NCBI GenBank assembly: GCA_951406725.2
Contig: OX597826.1
Location: 72,726,001 to 72,790,000, forward strand
From: Octopus vulgaris
Taxonomy: Eukaryota
DNA: 64,000 nt
Reading direction: 5' to 3'
Under the pieces are notes generated by a model that saw only the letters and a list, made by a program, of their open reading frames with translations, was not told the DNA's origin and did not search any database. Positions 24,751 through 39,560 of the stretch are shown one piece after another. The translations under genes and the position numbers were made by a program. Each line of letters starts with the position of its first letter. Position 1 is the first letter of the stretch.

Positions 24751-26587
24751 TTTCTTTCACTTGATAACTAGTTGTACTACTATCCAGTGAGTGAGTTCAG
24801 CATGAAACATGTTCCACTGTAGCAGAGTTGAAGAATGGTGGAAACAAACATCTGGTTATAATTTGTGTTTGAGAGAGAGAGAGAGAGAGAGTGCAAGAGG
24901 CAGGCCTCTTACAGATGTAGGTTCAATTTGTCATTTGAGTAATAAAAAATGGTAGCTACATTCTTTAAAATAATATCAGCTTAGACAAGACCCCTCCCTT
25001 TGCCTCATTTATGAAGTTGAGGCCCAGTTTGTCCTGATAAAAGACCAATACTTCTTACACCTCTTCCCTCACTTCATCTCTCTCTTTCTCTCTCTCTCTC
25101 TGCCCCAGATAACAACTGCTGCTTTATTTCAATGTCAGAATGGAGAGAGATATAAAGAGGTTGTTTTGTAGTATTTCTTAACACACCCTCTGTTTGGTGT
25201 ACTCCAAGGTTCTGTCTAGTGTTGTGCAATATATCTAACACTCCCTCTATTGTATGGCTTATTACAAAGCCCTCTCTAGTTTTGTGCAGTATTGCTAATG
25301 TTCTCTTGAAAAGCAGAGTTTGATGTACCACAGAGTTCTATTTAATTTTGTGCAGTGTTTCTATCACTTCATCTGTTTGGTTTATTGAAAAGTCTTGCCT
25401 TGGGTTTTTTGTCTTTTTACTTTTACGCTTCTTTCAGTCATTAGACTGCAGCCATGCTGAGTCACTGCCTTTAAGAATTTTGTAGTTGAACGAATTGACC
25501 CCCCAGTATTTGTTATATTTTCTGTAAAACCTGATACTTATTCTGTTGGTCTATTTTACTGAATCACCAAGCGCACACACACACACACACACAAGTTTCT
25601 TTCAGTTTCCATCTGCCACATAAACTCATAAGGCTTTGGATTGGCCCGAGGCAGTAGTAGAAAGTACTTGACCTAGGTGTCACACAGTGGGACTGAACCC
25701 AGGCCAGATGGTTGGGAAGCAAACTTCCTTCCATCATTCCCTCTATTGCATGAATGCACTACAAAGTTGTATCTAGTTTTGTGCACTGTTTCAAACAGTT
25801 CCTCTGTCTGATGTACTACAATATTCCAGTTCGCATTCTGCAGTATTTTTAACTCTCTCTCCATTGTATGCTGTACTCTAGTTTCTGTGTAGGGTGCAGT
25901 TCTGGCATCGCACTCTTTCACACTGTGTCAGTGTTCCATTGCATCACTCCCTCATAGTACACTATTACAACACTCTCTCAAACACTGTGGTACCCACTCG
26001 TGCTACACTATTATAACAATCCCATGCACTGTAGTACACTGCACTACACCCCTCTCTACACAACTCCATTCATGCCCACCTCTCACTCACACTACACAAT
26101 TAAATCAGGTGCAGGCATAGCTGTGTGGTGTAAGAAGCTTGTTTTTCAACCATGTAGTTTTGGGTTCAGTCACACTGCATGGCACCTTGAGCAAATATCT
26201 TCTACTACAGTCTTAGGCTGAGCAATGCCTTGTGAGTGAATTTCATGGATGAAAACTGTATGGAAGCCTACCACACGCGTGTGTGTGTGTGTGTGTTTGT
26301 TCCTCTACCACTTGACAACCAGTGTTGGTTTGTTTATGCACCCATGACTTAGTGGTTTAGTAAAAGTAACCAATAGAGTAGGCACCTGGCTTAAAGACAT
26401 AAAGTTCTGGGGTTGTTTTGTTTGGCAAAACCCTTCAAGGTGGTGGCCCAATATGGAATGAAGATTACACTATCCTCTTTCACTACATCACTCCTTGACA
26501 CTCTATAATCATACTACTCCCTCACATTGTAGCATTGACACCACTGCCTGCCTATACCAGGCAAATTGGTTGGGTGGTCAGACTATC

Positions 26588-27000
26588 TTTTATCTTTTAC
26601 TTGTTTCACTCATGAGACTGTGACCATGCTGTGGCACTGCCTTGAAGATTTTTAGTCACACAAATTGATTCTAGTACTTTTTTAAGCCTGATATTTATTC
26701 TATCAGTCTCTTTTGCTGAACTGCTATGTTTCTGGAGACATAAACACACCAACATCGGTTGTTAAGTGGTGGTGGGAGGACAAACAAAGACATAAAGACA
26801 CGCACATACATGTAGATATATGTATACATATATATGACAGGCTTCTTTCAGTTTCCACCTACCAAATCCTCTTACAAGGCTTTGGTCAACCCGAGGCTGT
26901 AGTAGAAGACGTTTGCCCAAGGTGCCATGCAGTGGGACTGAACTCGGAACCATGTGGTTGGGAAGCAAGCTTCTTACTACACCGCCATGCCTGTGCTGAG
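26588..27000 (-). mobile_element. SINE family B
   Basis: Family B tail, core and head; further copies near 25420(-), 26106(+), 28360(+) and 33805(+). Confidence 0.8.
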
Positions 27001-30000
27001 ATTGTTGGATAAAATTTCTTGTGGATGAGGTTCTCTGTGATCTAAGTTTGAAACTAACTTTGTCTTTCATCCCTTTAGCCTCAATAAATAACGGTTTCTC
27101 CTCTGTCTTGACTGATGTGTAAAGGGGTTAAGAATGTAGTGTTCCCTTCACAACCCCATCTGTCCTTTTATCACTGCTCTGTTCACTTGACATGCAAGAA
27201 ATGCCACTTCCTCACACTACACAATTATAACCCCCACTCCATCACCCACTACACTGTTACACTATTCCTAGGAAACAACATAGTTTGCTATCTTGGTAGA
27301 AATAGCTGTTAAATCCTCATCAAATTTTATCATCATACTATTTCATAATAAGCTCACATTAGATAATGTAATCGTAGATATACTATGTGAAAATGAAATG
27401 GGATGATCATGGGGCAGCAGGGAGGTACCTTTCATTCTTAATTAAGTATTAATTTATGTAGAATCACATCTATGTTTCCCTCATCATGTCCCATTTGTCT
27501 GTTTGTCTGTCTACACACACACACACACACTCTGTATTATTATGATGTTGGGTGTGAGTGATGGATTGGCAGAATTGTTAGAGAAGTGAAGAAAATACCT
27601 TGTGGCTTTTCTTCTGGCTCTATATCCCATGAGTTCACATACTGCTGCTGCTGGGGGTCAGATTCACTTTTCATCCTTTCAGAGATGATAAAACAAAGTA
27701 TCAGTCAAGTACCGAGGCCTGATAGCATTGACCAACACACACACACACACACACACACTATTATTGCAGTAGATGGCAAAATTGTGAGCACAATATTCCG
27801 AGTTCAAAACCTGCCTAATATTGGTTTCAAATTTTGTCACAAGGCCAGTAATTTCGGGGAAGGGAGTAAATTGAATACATTGACCCCAGTGTTCAACTGG
27901 TACTTTTCTTATTCACTCCTGAAAGAATGAAAGGCAAAGTTGACTTCAGTAGGATTTGAACTCAGAACACAAAGATTGATGAAATGCTGCTAAGCATTAT
28001 ACCTAGTGTGCTAAAGATTCTACCAGCTCACTGCCAAAAGAAAGCTGCTAATATTGAAGAATTGATGATAATAGCTTTGTTCTTACAAGAGAAATCTCTA
28101 TTATTATTAATTAGTATAATACAATACATCACCAAGTAGTTAGTCCAGTACCCGGGGGTTGGATGGGTAGTGGTGGAAAATTTTACATGGGCATTGTGGA
28201 CCAAGGAGGCTGAAGGGGTGGGTGTGATTGATGCATTCATAAAGATTTTTTGACTTAGTAAAAACAAAATTAAATGTGATATTATGATAAACTTGTTAGA
28301 TTGCCAAAATCACAATGTCAATAACAACTACTATAATTTATCTTTAAAAATTATAGTTGTTAGGTGTGGCTGTGTGATAAGAAGCTTGCTTACCAAACAC
28401 ATGGTTCCAGGTTCAGTTCCACTGTTTGGCACATTGGGCAAGTGTCTTCTATTCTGGCTTCGGCCAACCAAAGCCTTGTGAGTGGATTTGGTAGATGGAA
28501 ACTGTGAGAAGCCCATCGTATATATGTGTGTGTATATCCTGACTTTTGTACATATTTCTATGTACTATACATGCACCTTTGATGAGTTGTAGTGCACCTG
28601 AGCACTATACACAATAATTTCATCATCATTATTATATATGTATGTGTGTGAGTCTGTGTGTGTGCGTCTGTGTTTGTCCCCCAACACTGCCTGACAACCG
28701 GCACTGGTGTGTTTATGTCCCCGTGACTTAGCAGTTCCACAAAAGAGACCAATAGAATAAGTACTAGGCTTAAGAAATAAACCTTGGTGTCAGTTTGTAC
28801 AACTAAAAAAACCCTTATGACACCTGGTGCTCCAGCATGACCACAGTCTAATGACTGAAACGAGTGAAAGAATATAAAGAAATATAAACCATTGCTGTTA
28901 TTGTGTAAAGATAAAATTATTTAAAATTTTATTCAATATGTATATTTATTTCTTTATTGCCCACAGGGGGCTAAACGTAAAGGGGACAAACAAGGACAGA
29001 CAAAGGGATTAAGTCGATTACATCGATCCCAGTGCTTAACTTGTACTTATTTAATCAACCCCAAAAGGATGAAAGGCAAAGTCGACCTTAGCAGAATTTG
29101 AACTCAGAATGTAACAACAGACGAAGCGCTGCTAATATTGTATAATAATATATATTATATGTTATATAGGTGTAAGCATGGTCATGCAGTTAAGAAGTTC
29201 ACTTTGTAGCCACAAGATTTTGGGTTCAGTTCCACTGCTTGGCATCTTGGTCAAGTGTCTTCTTCTACTAGTATGTTTAGTGGTCAGGCGTCTTGTGTAA
29301 ACTGGTTAAAATAGCACCAAGAGTGGTCTTGAAAGTGAAGGTAGGATGGAACCAGGAAGAGTCCGGGATGGGTTGTTATTGAAAAGATTGGTTGTTGTCA
29401 GTGAGTTTTACTTGCAACAAACTTCCATAAATATTTGGCTAGATTGAAATAGTTCAAAATTCTGTGTCATAGCCAAATATATTGTAAGATATGTTATACT
29501 TTGAATCAACTCTTTAAAGTACAAGTACAAAACGAGGACCCCCCACTTTAAGCCAGACAAAAGTGTTTTGTCAAGTAGGAAATTTATAGTAACACCGTTC
29601 AGGTGGAGCAACTATGTAGCAGTTTTCCAGTTTGCTCTGAGTTTTTCTGACTTTGTCAGGTTATTACGGCTAGACAAGTCTGCAACACTGCTAATGTCCT
29701 TTAGAAAACCATAAATGTCACAGTCATATAATGTAATTCCTTTCATAGCTTTTTGTGTCTAATTAAGGAATAATTTAATCCTGTAGGACATATAAGAATT
29801 ATGGATGTCAGTTACTCTGCAGCAGAGATAAAATTTTGGCAAGCTGAGTCTGGGATCATAGTATCAGTTCCTATTTTTACTTACATGGTTGTGTACTCCT
29901 TGAAATAAACCAGTATTGTTGATGTTCAGGTATATTTGAGATGTAGAGGTTACAGATAGTATCATTGAATTTCCTTGAGAAATGCATGAACGTTGCATAT

Positions 30001-30482
30001 TCATATTGCACATTTCCTATATACATTTCATATCTCATAATTAAGAAATTAAAGGAAATATCAGAGTTGGCCCATGGGATGGTTTTGATTTATTTGAAGG
30101 TTAAGAAAAGGGGTTTAGTTAAAAAGGTACCTGTAGGATATCCTTAAATGGACAGTCTTATTGGCTTAAACCATCTCCTCTCCTTCTCTCTCTCCTTGCT
30201 GCATCCTTGGGTGGGGGGTGGGGTAGACTGTTGGCTGGCTAGCCCTCATTTTCCTCCATCTTTTTGGCTCTCTATTACAAATCAGTTGTGCGTATGTGTG
30301 TGTATGTGTGCACACGTGTGTTTAGAGGGAGTTGGTGGGGACACAACAAGAAGAAGAAGAGGAAAAGGGGTCTCTACATGTCTTTCTCTCTTCTTCATCC
30401 TACAACTCCCACTGAAGTTTTATTGCCGTGTATTTCTATATGTTTTCTTGATTTTTTTTTTGTCTTTCTGTTTCTACCTACC

Positions 30483-30483
<1 letters not shown>

Positions 30484-30570
<87 letters not shown>

Positions 30571-30588
30571 TATATATATATGCATATA
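30484..30588. repeat. (TA)n microsatellite, one of many TA/CA/GA/ATT/ATC tracts
   Basis: Seen directly. Other long tracts at 13178-13248, 20872-20916, 46612-46665, 62583-62640 and 63271-63365. Confidence 0.95.
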
Positions 30589-31625
30589 TAAAACGTTCTG
30601 TCTGTACATATTTCTATCTCTATATATCTGTACTCGTATGTACTGTCTCTCTTTTCTCTCGTATCTGTCCATCTATCTGCCAGCATCATCATCATTTCTC
30701 GGAGTCTATTTTGAAAACGTGCACACCACCCACCCCTTTCGCTACCGTCAGCATCACCACCCACCCCTTCGCTACCATCAGCATCACCACCCAAACGTAA
30801 CCAAAACTCTACTCTTCCCCCACGTTTTTCATTATTTCATTTTTGTTGTCTGTCTTCTGCGATAGGTGGAAGTGAAGAGATTATTGGTGGTGGTGGTGGT
30901 GGTGGTGATAGAGGGAGTTAGGAAGTAGGGTTTTTAGAGGGAAGACTGGCCTTTTTGAATTCCAGGAAACCTTGAAAGTAGGTAAAAAATGTGTGTGTGT
31001 GTGTGTGAGTGTGTGTATGGTGTTTCTGGGAGTGCTTAAGGTAAATAAGATAGCTGTATAAGTAATTTGGTAGTGGTGGTGGTGGTGGTAAGAGGGAGCA
31101 TATTTGAAAAATCCCAATGAAGCATCATATATGGTCTTTACAGCATTTGAGGGGTTCAGTGAGGTGGAGAAGGGATTTCAGCTTCTTTCTTTCATATGTA
31201 CACACACACACACACACACATACATGCATATTTACCCACAGATGTTTCATTCACCTTAGCTCTCCACCCCACCTCACCTCACCCCACTTCACCTTACCCC
31301 ACCTCACCTTACCCCACATCACCTCACCCCACTTCACCTTACCCCCACCTCACCTCACCCCCAAAGTAGATATAATATTTACCAGATTATATCCTCAGGC
31401 GATTTGCTCCACCTCCACTGCTGCATCCCCTTATGAAATGCATACATACATTTTTGTAATTAGATAAGAGCTAATTTGTAATTAACACTAAATTCTAATC
31501 ATCATAATTTAACTTTGTCAGTGAAAACCAGAGTAGCCTTGATTTTGGTAGTAGTGATGGTGGCACGAGTAGCAGCAGCAGCAGCAGCAACTCTCGAGTG
31601 TGTGAGGGGAGGGGCATACACGTGT

Positions 31626-31663
<38 letters not shown>

Positions 31664-32063
31664 ACACACACACACATATATATGTGCACATCATCATCAT
31701 CATCATCACACTTATCTCCACTGGATGCCCTTCCTATCACTAATCACTTTAGAGAGTGTACTTGGTACATTTTGTTGTGAAAGAGGTTGTCATGTCCTTG
31801 ACAAGGGTGAAGGTCTCTCTCTCAGCTCCACATTGTATCTGTTCATTTGCCAGTCATTCTACAGAGTGGACAGGGTGCGTTTTTATTATTTTATTGTGGC
31901 ACCTGCATTAGTGAACCCTGTAAATTTAAAGTGTACATATTACTTTTAAGATGTGTTATTTCTTTCTATGACAGCAATGTGACCAAGAAGATAAATCGAA
32001 GGGAGAACATTGACAGAAGAATAACTAGGGTGGCTGGATGGAGAAAGCAAATGGGATGGGAGA

Positions 32064-32102
<39 letters not shown>

Positions 32103-32599
32103 ATGGATTGTAAAAGAAGTGGACATTGATCAGAAAGTAGTAGATGTCAATAGCAAGTGGTACAGCAGAAACAAAACATTGATTGGCAGTAACAGAAAGG
32201 GTGAGGTTAGAATATATGGGGTATGAGTAGATTTGATGCAATCCCTTAGTCATAGGCCTTGTGATGGATGAGTGTGACAGAGTGATAGAAATGCTGGTAT
32301 GGGGTTGAATATGTGTAGGTTTAATAGTTTCCATTTGTTACACAGGCAACATGGTACAGTGTATAGATTTTAGTTCTAGATTTTATTTCTACATCTGGGA
32401 TCTCTTCTGTAAATCTACTAAAGATTCTGTTATAAAACTTAGATCAAACTCTTCTATTGTAGCTTGGAGGAGTATACTGATTAGGAGGAGGAGGTTCAGG
32501 GCTGAATCCTGCTGGATATCTACTTGAACACTAAATTTGCTGCTCTTAACTCATTGCTAACTCTTAACTTACTGGCTGCACTTCCATACATGGTTTATG

Positions 32600-33500
32600 C
32601 AGTCATTTGTCTACTCCTAACTTTCTCAGTGACCACGAATTAACAAAGCTTGGAACAGTCAAAGGCCTTCACTAGGTCCTCAAAGATATTCACCAAGTCA
32701 ATAAAGGTTTATCTAGGTAAATAAAACCCAGATATTGGGGCCTGCTCTTTGTTTCCTGTACTGTGAGAAGGCTTCAGTTGTATTTCTTTGTGGCATGAAG
32801 CTGAATTGCATCTCATCTAGATTTCCTTCTTAATCAATTGATCTATAAAACTTTCTTTAGCTTTTATTATAATCTAGTCTAACAGTTTGATATTTCTGTA
32901 TTTCCCTCTCTCTGGTACATCTCCTTCGTCCCTGTAACAGAGATGGTGACAATACTGCTGTGCCAGTCATTACCTGTTGTGACTTATTCCATTAGATATC
33001 TTAACATCTTGGTAATAATTCTTGGTGGGTAAGATGCCTTCTCTGCCTTCATATCATTAATCACCCCATCTACACAACTGATATCAACTCTCTGTTTGGT
33101 CTACCTTAGGAAGACACTTTTTTCTTCAAGCATTGTCCTCATTAAACAGTCTCTCATTATAACAGTTATCTGCCCTTTTTCTCTTCAATGTGAAACAGCA
33201 CAAGTGTGCCTTCATACTTTCATACTCTCTCCTCCTCCAATAACTCCTGGATTTTCTCTCTCACACTGCCTTACAATCCAGAAAATCTTCCTCTCCTCTG
33301 ATCTTCACATCTTAGAACATTAGCAAACTTCTTTCTTGGCTAATTATACTTGGCATCTAACTTCCCTTTTTGCTATTTCATATTACTCTTTACTACCTTC
33401 TTTCTTCCTGTCTTTCCAGGCCTTTTTCAGCATTTGTTACTCAGCCTATACCACTATGCCACTTCATATCACCCTCTCTTTTGCTGGGACCTTGAAATAG
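32600..33500 (-). mobile_element. RTE-clade LINE relic
   Basis: Minus strand contains GGAGATGTACCAGAGAGAGGGAAATACAGAAATATCAAACTG and GACCTAGTGAAGGCCTTTGAC (DL.KAFD); similar to 19030-19875. Confidence 0.7.
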
Positions 33501-33770
33501 CCATACATAATTTATAGTATTGTTTTACATTGTGGAAACTTCAGAGTAACAGGTCAATGGGCCGGCTTCAATAAACTATATATATATATATATCATCATC
33601 ATCGTTTAATGTCCGTTTTCCATGCTAGCATGGGTTGGGTGGTTTGACCGGGGTCTGGGAAGCCAGGAGGCTGCACCAGGCTCCAGTCTGATCTGGCAGT
33701 GTTTCTACAGTTGGATGCCCTTCCTAACGCCAACCACTCCGTGAGTGTAGTGGGTGCTTTTTACGTGCCA

Positions 33771-33806
<36 letters not shown>

Positions 33807-35086
33807 TGTTGCTACATCGTAAGAAGTTTGCCTCTCAACTACATGGTTCCGGGTTCAGTCCCACTTGGGCAAATGTCTTCTCCTATGATCTTGGGCTGAC
33901 CAAAGCCTTGTGAGAGGATTTAGTAGATGGAAACTGAAAAAAAGCTTGATGTATATATATATCTATGACAGTGTGTCTTTGTGTTTTCTGTCTCCCCACC
34001 CCACCTGCTTAACAACTGATGTTGATGTGTTTACGTTCCTCTAGCTTAGCAGTTTGGCAGAAAAGACTGATTGAATAAGGGTCTCCATCAACTTTGTTGA
34101 TCTCTCCTATGTGAAATCTCACTGTTTTTGAGAGGGTCACCAAAAGTCATGGGCACTCCCTGTTTTTCTGATTATCTGTGTATAGAACTGTCTAATCTGT
34201 GTATAGAACTGTCTATATCATCATCATCATCATCATCATTGTTATGTTGACTTTTCCTAGCTTGCATGGGTTGGTTGAATTTTATTGAAGCAGATTTTCT
34301 ATGGCTAGTTATCCTTCCTGTGACCAACCCATACTTGTCACCAAGCAAGGTAATATTTCCTCATGGTTCTTGTTTGTCCCCTCTATGTTTAGCCCCTTGT
34401 GGGCAATAAATAAATAAATATTTCCTCATGGTTAGTCAGACATATTTTTGCAGAATATTGAAAATAACTGACATGGAGATACAAACACCCATGCATTCAC
34501 ATACGCACACAATCATATGCACATACATACACACACGCACGCACGCACATGATGGGCTTGGCCCAGGGCTACAGTAGAAACACTTACTGAAGGTACCGCA
34601 CAGTGGGACTGAACCTGAAACCATGTGGTTGGGAAGTAAACTTCTTAACCACACAACCACACCAATTCAACAGATTTGAATTTGTAATCCTTAACATTAC
34701 CATCAATCAAGCTGTAAGTAGGTACTACAGTGTGGTATAGGTTGCTGTACTGTATCCATGACCAAAACTTAAACCTGTCAACAGTCCATTATACTGTGTC
34801 CAAGAGAAACACATTAAACTACCTATAGCCTAGCTAGCTGTGAGTAGAGATCACAGTATAGCACAGCTCATTGTAGTCTGTCCAAGGGTATGACACTTCA
34901 CTGTCAACAATTCATATCACCAGCTATTAGTAGATACCAGTGTGCTATATAATATAATGCTATGCGTTATTGCAAGGTTGCATTGTGTACATAGATATGC
35001 ATCTATATATCTTGTCTATTATGCATTTCTATATATAATATAGTATTTATTTTTATATATTTATTTTCTATTATTTATTTCATCAG

Positions 35087-35173
35087 GGCAAAGCGAACAT
35101 GGATATTCAGAATGTCAACCTACAAACTGCTTTACACCTGGCTGTTGAGAGACAACACACACAGATTGTTCGT
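35087..35173 (+). CDS. MIB1: MIB1 exon, ankyrin repeat (87 nt, phase 0 to 0; not in the ORF track)
   Basis: CATCAG acceptor and GTAAGT donor. Encodes [29 protein letters not shown], which continues the previous exon in frame. Confidence 0.96.
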
Positions 35174-35254
35174 GTAAGTATATAAAGTATGTAAGCATAT
35201 ATGTGTGTGTGTAAATATATATGTAAATAAAGCAGTCAACTTCACTTATTTTTT

Positions 35255-35305
<51 letters not shown>

Positions 35306-35659
35306 CACACAACAGTCAGTTTTCCTGCTCTGTCAGCTATTTACTTTAAACTTTTTCTGTTCTTTATAACATCATTCATCACTGGGTCTTCAGAATTATT
35401 TGTGTTATGTCTTGTCAATAATGTTTATTTATTCATTCTTGGCCACCTGTCAACACGCCAGGTTGTGTAGACTAAAACAACTGGTTATTTTTCACCCTTT
35501 TATTTTGTTTTTTGTTAGATAAAGAAATCATTGAGAAAGAAAGACGTCAGTTTTCTCAACCAACCAAAGAAAATGTGTTTTTTTGTGAATGATAGTGTTT
35601 TATGCTGACGCTTGTTATGCCCATAATTTTGTTAAAATGGTTTTGAAAAATACATCCAA

Positions 35660-36110
35660 ATAGATGCCAGACTTGGATTGGGTGTTGACCAACTGAGTGA
35701 ATTGATGCAGGTTTTAGTCCCTGGTCATCCTTGATCAAGCAGAACTAACAATTAGGTTCAGTGTTCTTCTTAAATCACAGCAGAGGAGAACTAGCTGAAG
35801 TTGTATCCAAGACTTAAGAGAAAGTCAGTGCTTTACAGTTTTGGATGGTGGTACATGAGATATGTAACTGGTTATAGTTGTGGGTACCCAAAGTGACCGA
35901 GAAGATTCAGCAGAGGAGAATGGGAATTGCTGGTCCTTGTGTCAGGCACCCGGCAGAACTTGTGTGTCTTATGGCAGTCAATCGAAGGAAGAACCAACAG
36001 AAGAAAATGTCTGACTTGTGTGAACAACTTGCTTGAGAACAGTGAAATGGCAAATGTCGATGAATTAAGAACATGTATGAGGCGGGGGGCATGATGGATG
36101 GTGTGCTCGA
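35660..36110 (+). mobile_element. RTEX-like LINE 3' relic
   Basis: KVTEKIQQRRMGIAGPCVRHP resembles ..I..RR...AGHC.RH; related pieces at 37440-37640 and 40660-41110. Confidence 0.6.
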
Positions 36111-36337
36111 ATGAAATCATTGAAGCTTTTATGAGAACAGCCAAACTAATTAAACTGTAGTTGATGGTCATGAAATTGTGTAACATGAAATCTACTTGTT
36201 GAATAGTTATTGTAGTCATTTCTGAGTTCTCTTGGTTAAGGGGAGATAATTTTACACTTCAGAAAAATATAGATTTCTTTATATCAGCCCTGTCACAAAT
36301 TTGTAGAGGTCGATGAGAGAGTTACGATCTGAAAACC

Positions 36338-36739
36338 TACTCTTTTACTTGTTTCAGTGATTTTGACTGCGGCCATGCTGGAGCACCGCCTTTAGTCGAG
36401 CAAATCGACCCCGGGACTTATTCTTTGTAAGCCCAGTACTTATTCTATCAGTCTCTTTTGCCGAACCGCTAAGTAACGGGGACATAAACACACCAGCATC
36501 GGTTGTCAAGCAATGCTAAGGGGACAAACACAGACACACAAACATACACATACACATATATATATATACATATATACGATGGGCTTCTTTCAGTTTCCAT
36601 CTACCAAATCCACTCACAAGGCATTGGTTGGCCTGGGGCTATAGCAGAAGACACTTGCCCAAGATGCCACGCAGTGGGACTGAACCCTGAACCATGTGGT
36701 TGGTTAGCAAGCTACTTACCACACAGCCACTCCTGCGCC
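36338..36739 (-). mobile_element. SINE family B, young full-length copy
   Basis: Minus strand starts GGCGCAGGAGTGGCTGTGTGG and has B-box GGTTCAGTCCC; very close to 60631-61035. Confidence 0.92.
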
Positions 36740-37167
36740 TATATCCTAGATATCATACATGTACTGAATTCCACTTATTCTACCACAAATGTGTATTTTC
36801 TTGCACTCTCTCTCTCTCTCTCTTGTATTTTTATATTCCATCTTTGTTAATAGAAGGCTTGCAAATGTCTAGATATAGCTAAACAAATGCAAAGACAGTC
36901 TTCAGTGGTGAGAGAGTGTTGCTGATTTAATGCATGTTTTTTTGTATGTTGGACAGTTTCGAAAGGAAGATGAGACCATGTAATAAGCATAAGATTTATT
37001 TTGCTTAACTTCAAATGGAATTTTTATGCTGTTGGTCCTTCAAGTTTTGTGCTTTCTCTTGCACACACGCACACACACATGCGTGCGCATGCACACTCAC
37101 TGCTGTTAATTACACAGGTTTGCAAATAATACTCAGTGTGCATTTGTGTGTATAAATGCACTGGTAT

Positions 37168-37392
37168 AAGGCGGCGAGCTGGCAGAGACGTTAGTACGCT
37201 GGGTGAAATGCTTAGCGGTATTTCGTCTGCTTTACGTTGTGAGTTCAAATTTCGCCGAGGTCGACTTTGCCTTTCATCTTTTCGGGGTCGATAAATTAAG
37301 TACCAGTTACGCACTGGGGTCGATGTAATCGACTTAATACCTATGTCTGTCCTTGTTTGTCCCCTCTGTGTTTAGCCCCTGTAGGTAAAGTA
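37168..37392 (+). mobile_element. SINE family A, young
   Basis: Family A consensus; flanked by GGTATA at 37163-37168 and 37393-37398. Confidence 0.9.
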
Positions 37393-39437
37393 GGTATATG
37401 CGTGTGTATATAATAAAAACTTGCAGACATTTAGACATGAAGCTTGCAGTGCTCGTAACAAGCTTTGGAACATCTGGCAATTAAGTATTTCAAAGTGAAT
37501 AAGGTTGACTGTTTCCAGGGTGTGTGTAAGAACCATTCTTCCTCTTGGAGTTGAAACATGGACTTTGAAGAGGGATCTTGAAGATCAGCATGATGAAATG
37601 CACACCAGGTTTCTCAGGGGGCTCAAAATATTCTATGGCATGAGCACAAAACCAAAGGGAAGATTTATGGACATAGTCTTCTACTATAGTCATGGACCAA
37701 CTACTGCTTTATGAATGTCTTTACTGGATGGAAACTGTGCAGAAGCCTATCATGTGTTTGTATGTGCACATGCATATGTCTTTGTGGACGATGAGGAAAG
37801 TTTAGAGACCTATTATTATCTTTGTTAGTAGATTTGGCTTTCCATTGGTTATGTCAATGGATTTTCCATTTGATTCAATGAATGGAACAACTTACTCAGG
37901 AAATTAACCTACAAGTGGCTGAGTACTCCACAGACATGTATACTCTTGACTTAGTTCTCAGGGAGATTCAGCATGGCACGGAATGTGACAACTCATTTTG
38001 CCCAGCTGAGTTAATAACAGGGGGCTTATCTCTCACAGTAAAGAAAGGGCTGATATTGTACACTGTTTCTCGTTGAAGCATAGTGCAGCTTAAAAGCAAG
38101 ACTCGTGTCTTGATTTGCAGAAGATTTGTTTAAACCAGAATGAAATGAAGTGAGCATCTTCTGTTGAATATGTAATGTTTGTGTGCATCAATGGATGGAG
38201 TGTAAATAAGATGAGAGAAAACTGGATAGAAAAAGAATCGGATGTAATCTGTAAGGGAGAATACTGCACTTGGTGTGTTGTGTGATGTTTATGAAGGATG
38301 ACAGGTGTATGACGAAGGGCTGAATGCTGAAACTGGACGGAACCTGTAGAAGAGGGAGACGTGAGGAAAAGAAGATAGGGTGAAATAGTGAAGACTGATG
38401 TCAAGATAGTGTCACCTGACTCATGAAAGAGATGACAAAGGATGAGGATGATTGATGACATACAGTGCTAGAGAAGACCTGCATACCCAAATAATCGTGT
38501 CCTTCATACCCAAATAATGTGCATCAGAATGGATGGAGACAGGTTCTGCGTCAACATTTGGTCCCTTCACACATTAATTTCCTGTTCAGTCTCCATCCAC
38601 TCCCTCCCAGCTCCTTAGTAATCTCTCATCTCTGTCACCCTCTTCTCTTCACTGTGCCATGCTGCCAGTGTAATAATGCACTTTATTAAGATGCACCTTG
38701 AATAATGGTAATACAAATTCTGCAATTAGAACTTCCACATTCTGTAGATAGAGTTGCATTTTTAGCAGGTAATTTGGAGCTGCTTAGGAATTTGATTGTC
38801 TTTTATCTTCTATTTTTATTTTTTTATATCTCTTTTTATTTTCAGGTGTGATATATTGTTATGAATGATGTGGATGCTTTTGTAGTTTCTGGATTGTGTA
38901 TAAATGAATAAGTTATTGTGTTTGATTATCTGAAATGTCTTTTATCTTATGCAATTCCTCTGTACCTATTACCTTGGTACGATCTATTAATTAATGACAT
39001 TATTATTAATTAATTAATGTTATTTAAATAATGTTTTCTTCAATTCTAGGTAATTTATTCTCAGTTTCTATAATTGATACAATTGTGCAGATTCTTCTTG
39101 TGCAAGAAAAATCTGATTATATCAGATTTTTGAGTTTTCTAGCCAAAAGGGGTTTTCCACCCAATATTTACATGGTATTAATTATAGCTTTATGTGTGCT
39201 TCAAGATCCACTATTCCCAAAAAGGATTACGAATTATATATATAAAACACCCATGCTGGTGCCATGCATAAAAGCAACCAGTACACTCTGTAAGCAGTTG
39301 GCATTAGGAAGTGCATCCAGCTGTAGAAACCATGCCAAAACAGACAATGGAACCTAAAGCAGCTCTCTGGTTTGCTAGCTCCATGCCAGCAAGGATAACA
39401 GACATTAAATGATGCTCTCTCTCTCTCTCTCTCTGTA

Positions 39438-39473
<36 letters not shown>

Positions 39474-39529
39474 AATTATTAGAGAGTTATCCACTATGTG
39501 GATAACTCTAGTGCTAAAAATAGCTCCGA

Positions 39530-39556
<27 letters not shown>

Positions 39557-39560
<4 letters not shown>

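Noticed and set aside
30148-31949. Cluster of long ORFs (YIYI, HTHT, SLSL rich)
   Set aside because: These are translations of microsatellites with no domain or splice evidence. The same applies to most ORF-track entries, including 13496-14795 and 53965-54725.
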